Of a stretch of DNA of 64,000 nt, positions 60,589 through 64,000 are shown one piece after another. A program made the position numbers and the translations under genes. Position 1 is the first letter of the stretch, and every line of letters starts with the position of its first letter. Under the pieces are notes generated by a model. The model searched no databases and had not been told where the DNA came from. It saw only the letters and a list, made by a program, of their open reading frames with translations. Origin of the DNA: Macrostomum lignano (taxonomy: Eukaryota); NCBI GenBank assembly GCA_002269645.1, contig NIVC01000276.1, forward strand, positions 1 to 64,000, written 5' to 3'.

Positions 60589-62912
60589 CTAGGCGTTGGC
60601 GGGGTTCACGTACTTTGGCTGCTGCCTCACGTGCAGCTCACGGATCATCGAATCGCCACGGACCTCTTGCGCTGCGGCCGGAGCTGCAATGGGATTAATT
60701 AGCTTCATCAGTGTCGGGCTGGATTCGCTAGCCAGTTTGCAGGGGGCTGTGGACGCAAAGCCAGCAGTCAGGCCCCTCCCACTGAACCCTAAGCATGCAC
60801 ACATTCATTTCGGTGTCACATGATAAATTTCGGCAGCCAGTACCCAGTTGTTGGTTTGAAAAGCAAAATTTGGCAATTCTTCATAACCACACAAATTGAT
60901 TGACATGTTCTGGGAGGGCGGGTTGCTCATCTGCTCTAAAACCTTTATCTGAGCCAGTGCAGTGCGCAGTTACCTCGGCTCTCGTCTGCTCGAACGAATC
61001 CGCCGAGGTCCGCTGCCGCGACCGGCTCCTCCTGGTAGTTGGGGCCGGGGTGCTTGCGCAGGCAGCGCTGGCCGGGGCTCATTTTGATGCTGAACCGGCC
61101 CGGCTGTTCCAGCCTCTCGTTGGCCCGATTCTCCACGTGCTGGTGCAGAATTGCCTGCGCCTGCGGGTTGGCGTTGGCGCGGGTTTTGAGCGGTCTTTTG
61201 AGCTTTGTGGCTTATTTTGATTGGGGGAAGGGGCAAATATAAGGTCACTGGACATGGATACAGAACTTTTAATGGTTGAGGTGCGATGGCCGCTAGGTGT
61301 AATCCTATTCGATTCTGTTTCACATGTACATTTAGTTTATGGAGAATTGTCTTAGTCTATGAAGAATCCTATTCTAGGTCTAGTCCATTGAGAATCATAT
61401 AGGTTTAGTCTATGGAAAACCATTCTAGGTCTAGTCTATGGAGAATCATTCTAGGTCTGATCTATGGAGAATCATATAGGTTTAGACTATGCAGAATCAT
61501 ATAGGTTTAGTCTATGGAGAATCATATAGGTTTAGTCTATGGAGAATCATATACATGTAGCTCTGGTCTATGGAGAATCGTATAGCTCTGGTCTATGGAG
61601 AATCGTATAGCTCTAGTCTATGGAGAATCGTATAGCTCTGGTCTATGGAGAATCGTATAGCTCTGGTCTATGGAGAATCGTATAGGTTTAGTCTATGGAG
61701 AATCATATAGCTCTGGTCTATGGAGAATCGTATAGCTCTGGTCTATGGAGAATCGTATAGCTCTGGTCTATGGAGAATCGTATAGCTCTGGTCTATGGAG
61801 AATCGTATAGCTCTGGTCTATGGAGAATCGTATAGCTCTGGTCTATGGAGAATCGTATAGGTTTAGTCTATGGAGAATCATATAGCTCTGGTCTATGGAG
61901 AATCGTATAGGTTTAGTCTACGGAGAATCATATAGCTCTGGTCTATGGAGAATCGTATAGGTTTAGTCTACGGAGAATCATATTCTAGGTCTTGTCCATG
62001 GAGAATCATATTCTAGATCTTGTCCCTGGAGAATCATATTCTAGGTCTTGTCCATGGAGAATCATATTCTAGGTCCAGTCTATTCTGTACCCCAAGTCTA
62101 GTCTAGTTTACACGGGCTTCGGGCGCTACCGCCAAATAAAGGCGACAGTTGACCCGCAGCCGAAGTAGAGAAGATCCCTCGAACTTAGCGCTGAAACGCG
62201 GTTGGCTTATGAAATCGCCTTTCTACGATTTACCTTCTGTTGGTTCGTCAGAATATCCTGCTGTACTTTGAGCTCGGTAACGCTGATGTTGTTCTTCAAC
62301 GCCTTCACGGCGTTCGACCTGGCGATGGGCTCTAGTGTTTGCTGGTAGCGAGAGTCGTCGAAAGTGGGCTTGCCAAAAGTCTGCGGACTGCAGAAGGAAT
62401 TTTTACATTACGTACATGCAAGTTATTGTAAAACCAAAATCGTTATTTCAGTGTATTAAAGCCTGCTGTACTACCTTCTGCGAGTCAGAGTTTCGTACAA
62501 CTGATTAACCAAAGCAACTGCGGCATCCTCCTTGCAGTGAATCGTTCCCTCGATTATTTCTTCAGGAATGTTGAATTCGTGCCTTTTGAAGCACTCTTTC
62601 AGTAAGTGCCAGTTTTTTAGTTTCGTTTCAATTGACTTTCCATTATAAAATGAATGCATTGTTATTTCGCTTGAGAAATACCAGTACAGTATTTCAGCCA
62701 CGAGGTAGCCGTTCGAAAAATCCCTGAAACAAATCAAAAGATGTCCGGTGTAAAAGTAAATGCGTAAAAACTTTCTTTAAAGATTACCACGAAACGAAAC
62801 AAACAACAAACATGACTAAAAGAACGTACCATTTAGGATTCTTAACTTGCCACGACAAGTCTAAACTCTGAAGCCACTTAACTACGTCCCTGCTCAGATT
62901 TGTTGCTGGCAT
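60589..62912 (-). CDS. SPATA4: SPATA4-like CH-domain (CH_2/SPEF1 family) ciliary/sperm protein, 290 aa; exons 62912-62830, 62723-62475, 62387-62234, 61160-60974, 60788-60589
   Basis: LSRDVVKWLQSLDLS..W|DFSNGYLVAEIL..SFYNGKSIETKLKNW..EGTIHCK..LYETLTRR|..FDDSRYQQTL..ARSNAVKALKNNI..|AQAILHQHVENR..PGRFSIK, colinear with SPATA4 (WLQGLDL, DFSNGFLIAEI, GTIHCK, YQMRLP..KSIKDNI). Phases are consistent; total 873 nt. Last exon least certain. Confidence 0.88.
61365..62075. repeat. 25-bp minisatellite in SPATA4 intron 3
   Basis: Unit tctatggagaatcgtatagctctgg, unrelated to the VPS52 25-mer; degenerate at both edges. Confidence 0.96.
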
Positions 62913-64000
62913 GTTTATAGCATAACTCGCAAATACGGCATCGAAGAGATTCTTTTCTGGGGTCAACGATAAATTAGTTTCGTGCATTTCGAATTCAAAT
63001 GATTCTTGTAACTAGGCAAAGTAATACTTTTAACAAAGCAATGCCAAGCTAAAAGAATAATTTTGGATAATGCAGCAAATGCTATTTTACTATGCTTAAA
63101 TAGTTTTTATAAATGTTCGCTAGAGATATTTTTAAAGAAACAAGTTATATATTAGAAATGGTAACATTTTAAATTCACCCTTTTTCCAAGAACTCACAGA
63201 TTTTTTTCGAAAAAAGATGTAAAACCAGAAAAAACTAATAAGTCCACTCTATGCTAGCAGGATAGGATTTAGAAAACCATTAAAAAAATAATGAAATATT
63301 TTCACTTGGTATGGCTTTCTAATTTAACTAATTTAAACAAAACAGCTTCAATTCTTCTGAAATAAACCTCTACTCTAGGCCAGGCCATGGCCTGGCTAAT
63401 GTATGTAGGGCTTATATTTTATAATTATAAATATAATTATAATTAAATATAATATAATTATAATTATATATTTTATAATTATAAATATAAGCTAGTGCTT
63501 ATTTCATAAAAAGGACAGATTTCTATTAGTTCAAAGTTTTTGTGCTAACTTTTAGAATACTTTAATTATTTGCTACTAAAACTGTTTTTATTAAAAATAG
63601 TAAATACTCAACATATAGGGTTACAATATATATAGTCAGGAAAATCTTGGAATAATCTTGGAATATTTCAATGGAAATATTGAATAATCTAAGGACAATA
63701 ATACAGAGATCTGGAATTTTTGTTAATATTTGGGCTTTCCTTTTATATTTTATTGACTAAATCAAATGGTAAAGATACTAAATAAAGGTCAGTTTTTACT
63801 AGTCCCATCCTAGTATTATATGGGATTATTGTCACACTATTCAAGGCAAATTTATTGCAATACCAATCAATCAATCAAGCCTTAAAAAGTTATAAAGCCA
63901 AAGGAATGAAATGAAAAACAAAAAAGTAAAAAACTGAATCAACAAAACAAAAAAATACAAAAAATACAAGGGAAATTATTGAAAAAGGCTTTTTACATAA

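Noticed and set aside
38253-62075. Regular 25-36-bp repeats as a possible CRISPR array
   Set aside because: Units are head-to-tail with no unique spacers, there are no cas genes, and the context is spliced eukaryotic genes.

Overview
This is eukaryotic (invertebrate metazoan) genomic DNA with two distinct halves. The repeat-rich introns and GC3-rich exons are compatible with a Macrostomum-like flatworm, but that is an unverified guess. Bases ~1-30,000 are a dense block of decayed transposons: an intron-containing Helitron with OTU and RPA70-like modules, a Crypton/DUF3504 tyrosine recombinase, four Gypsy pol fragments, an internally deleted mariner, a 1.07-kb LTR element with an inverted gag, a Merlin, and a LINE remnant. 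Almost all are on the minus strand. Bases ~31,400-64,000 hold three apparently intact spliced genes whose exons I assembled by hand with consistent GT-AG phases: 14-3-3 epsilon (+, 3 coding exons), VPS52 (+, 9 exons, 706 aa) and a SPATA4-like CH-domain gene (-, 5 exons, 290 aa). Most of their larger introns are largely filled by a minisatellite specific to that intron. One array is split by a P-element-family transposon with TIRs, an 8-bp TSD and its own intron. The best candidates for an undescribed system are the uni-directional transposon block (flamenco-like piRNA cluster hypothesis) and the intron-by-intron minisatellite architecture. There is no CRISPR array, rRNA or bona fide tRNA.
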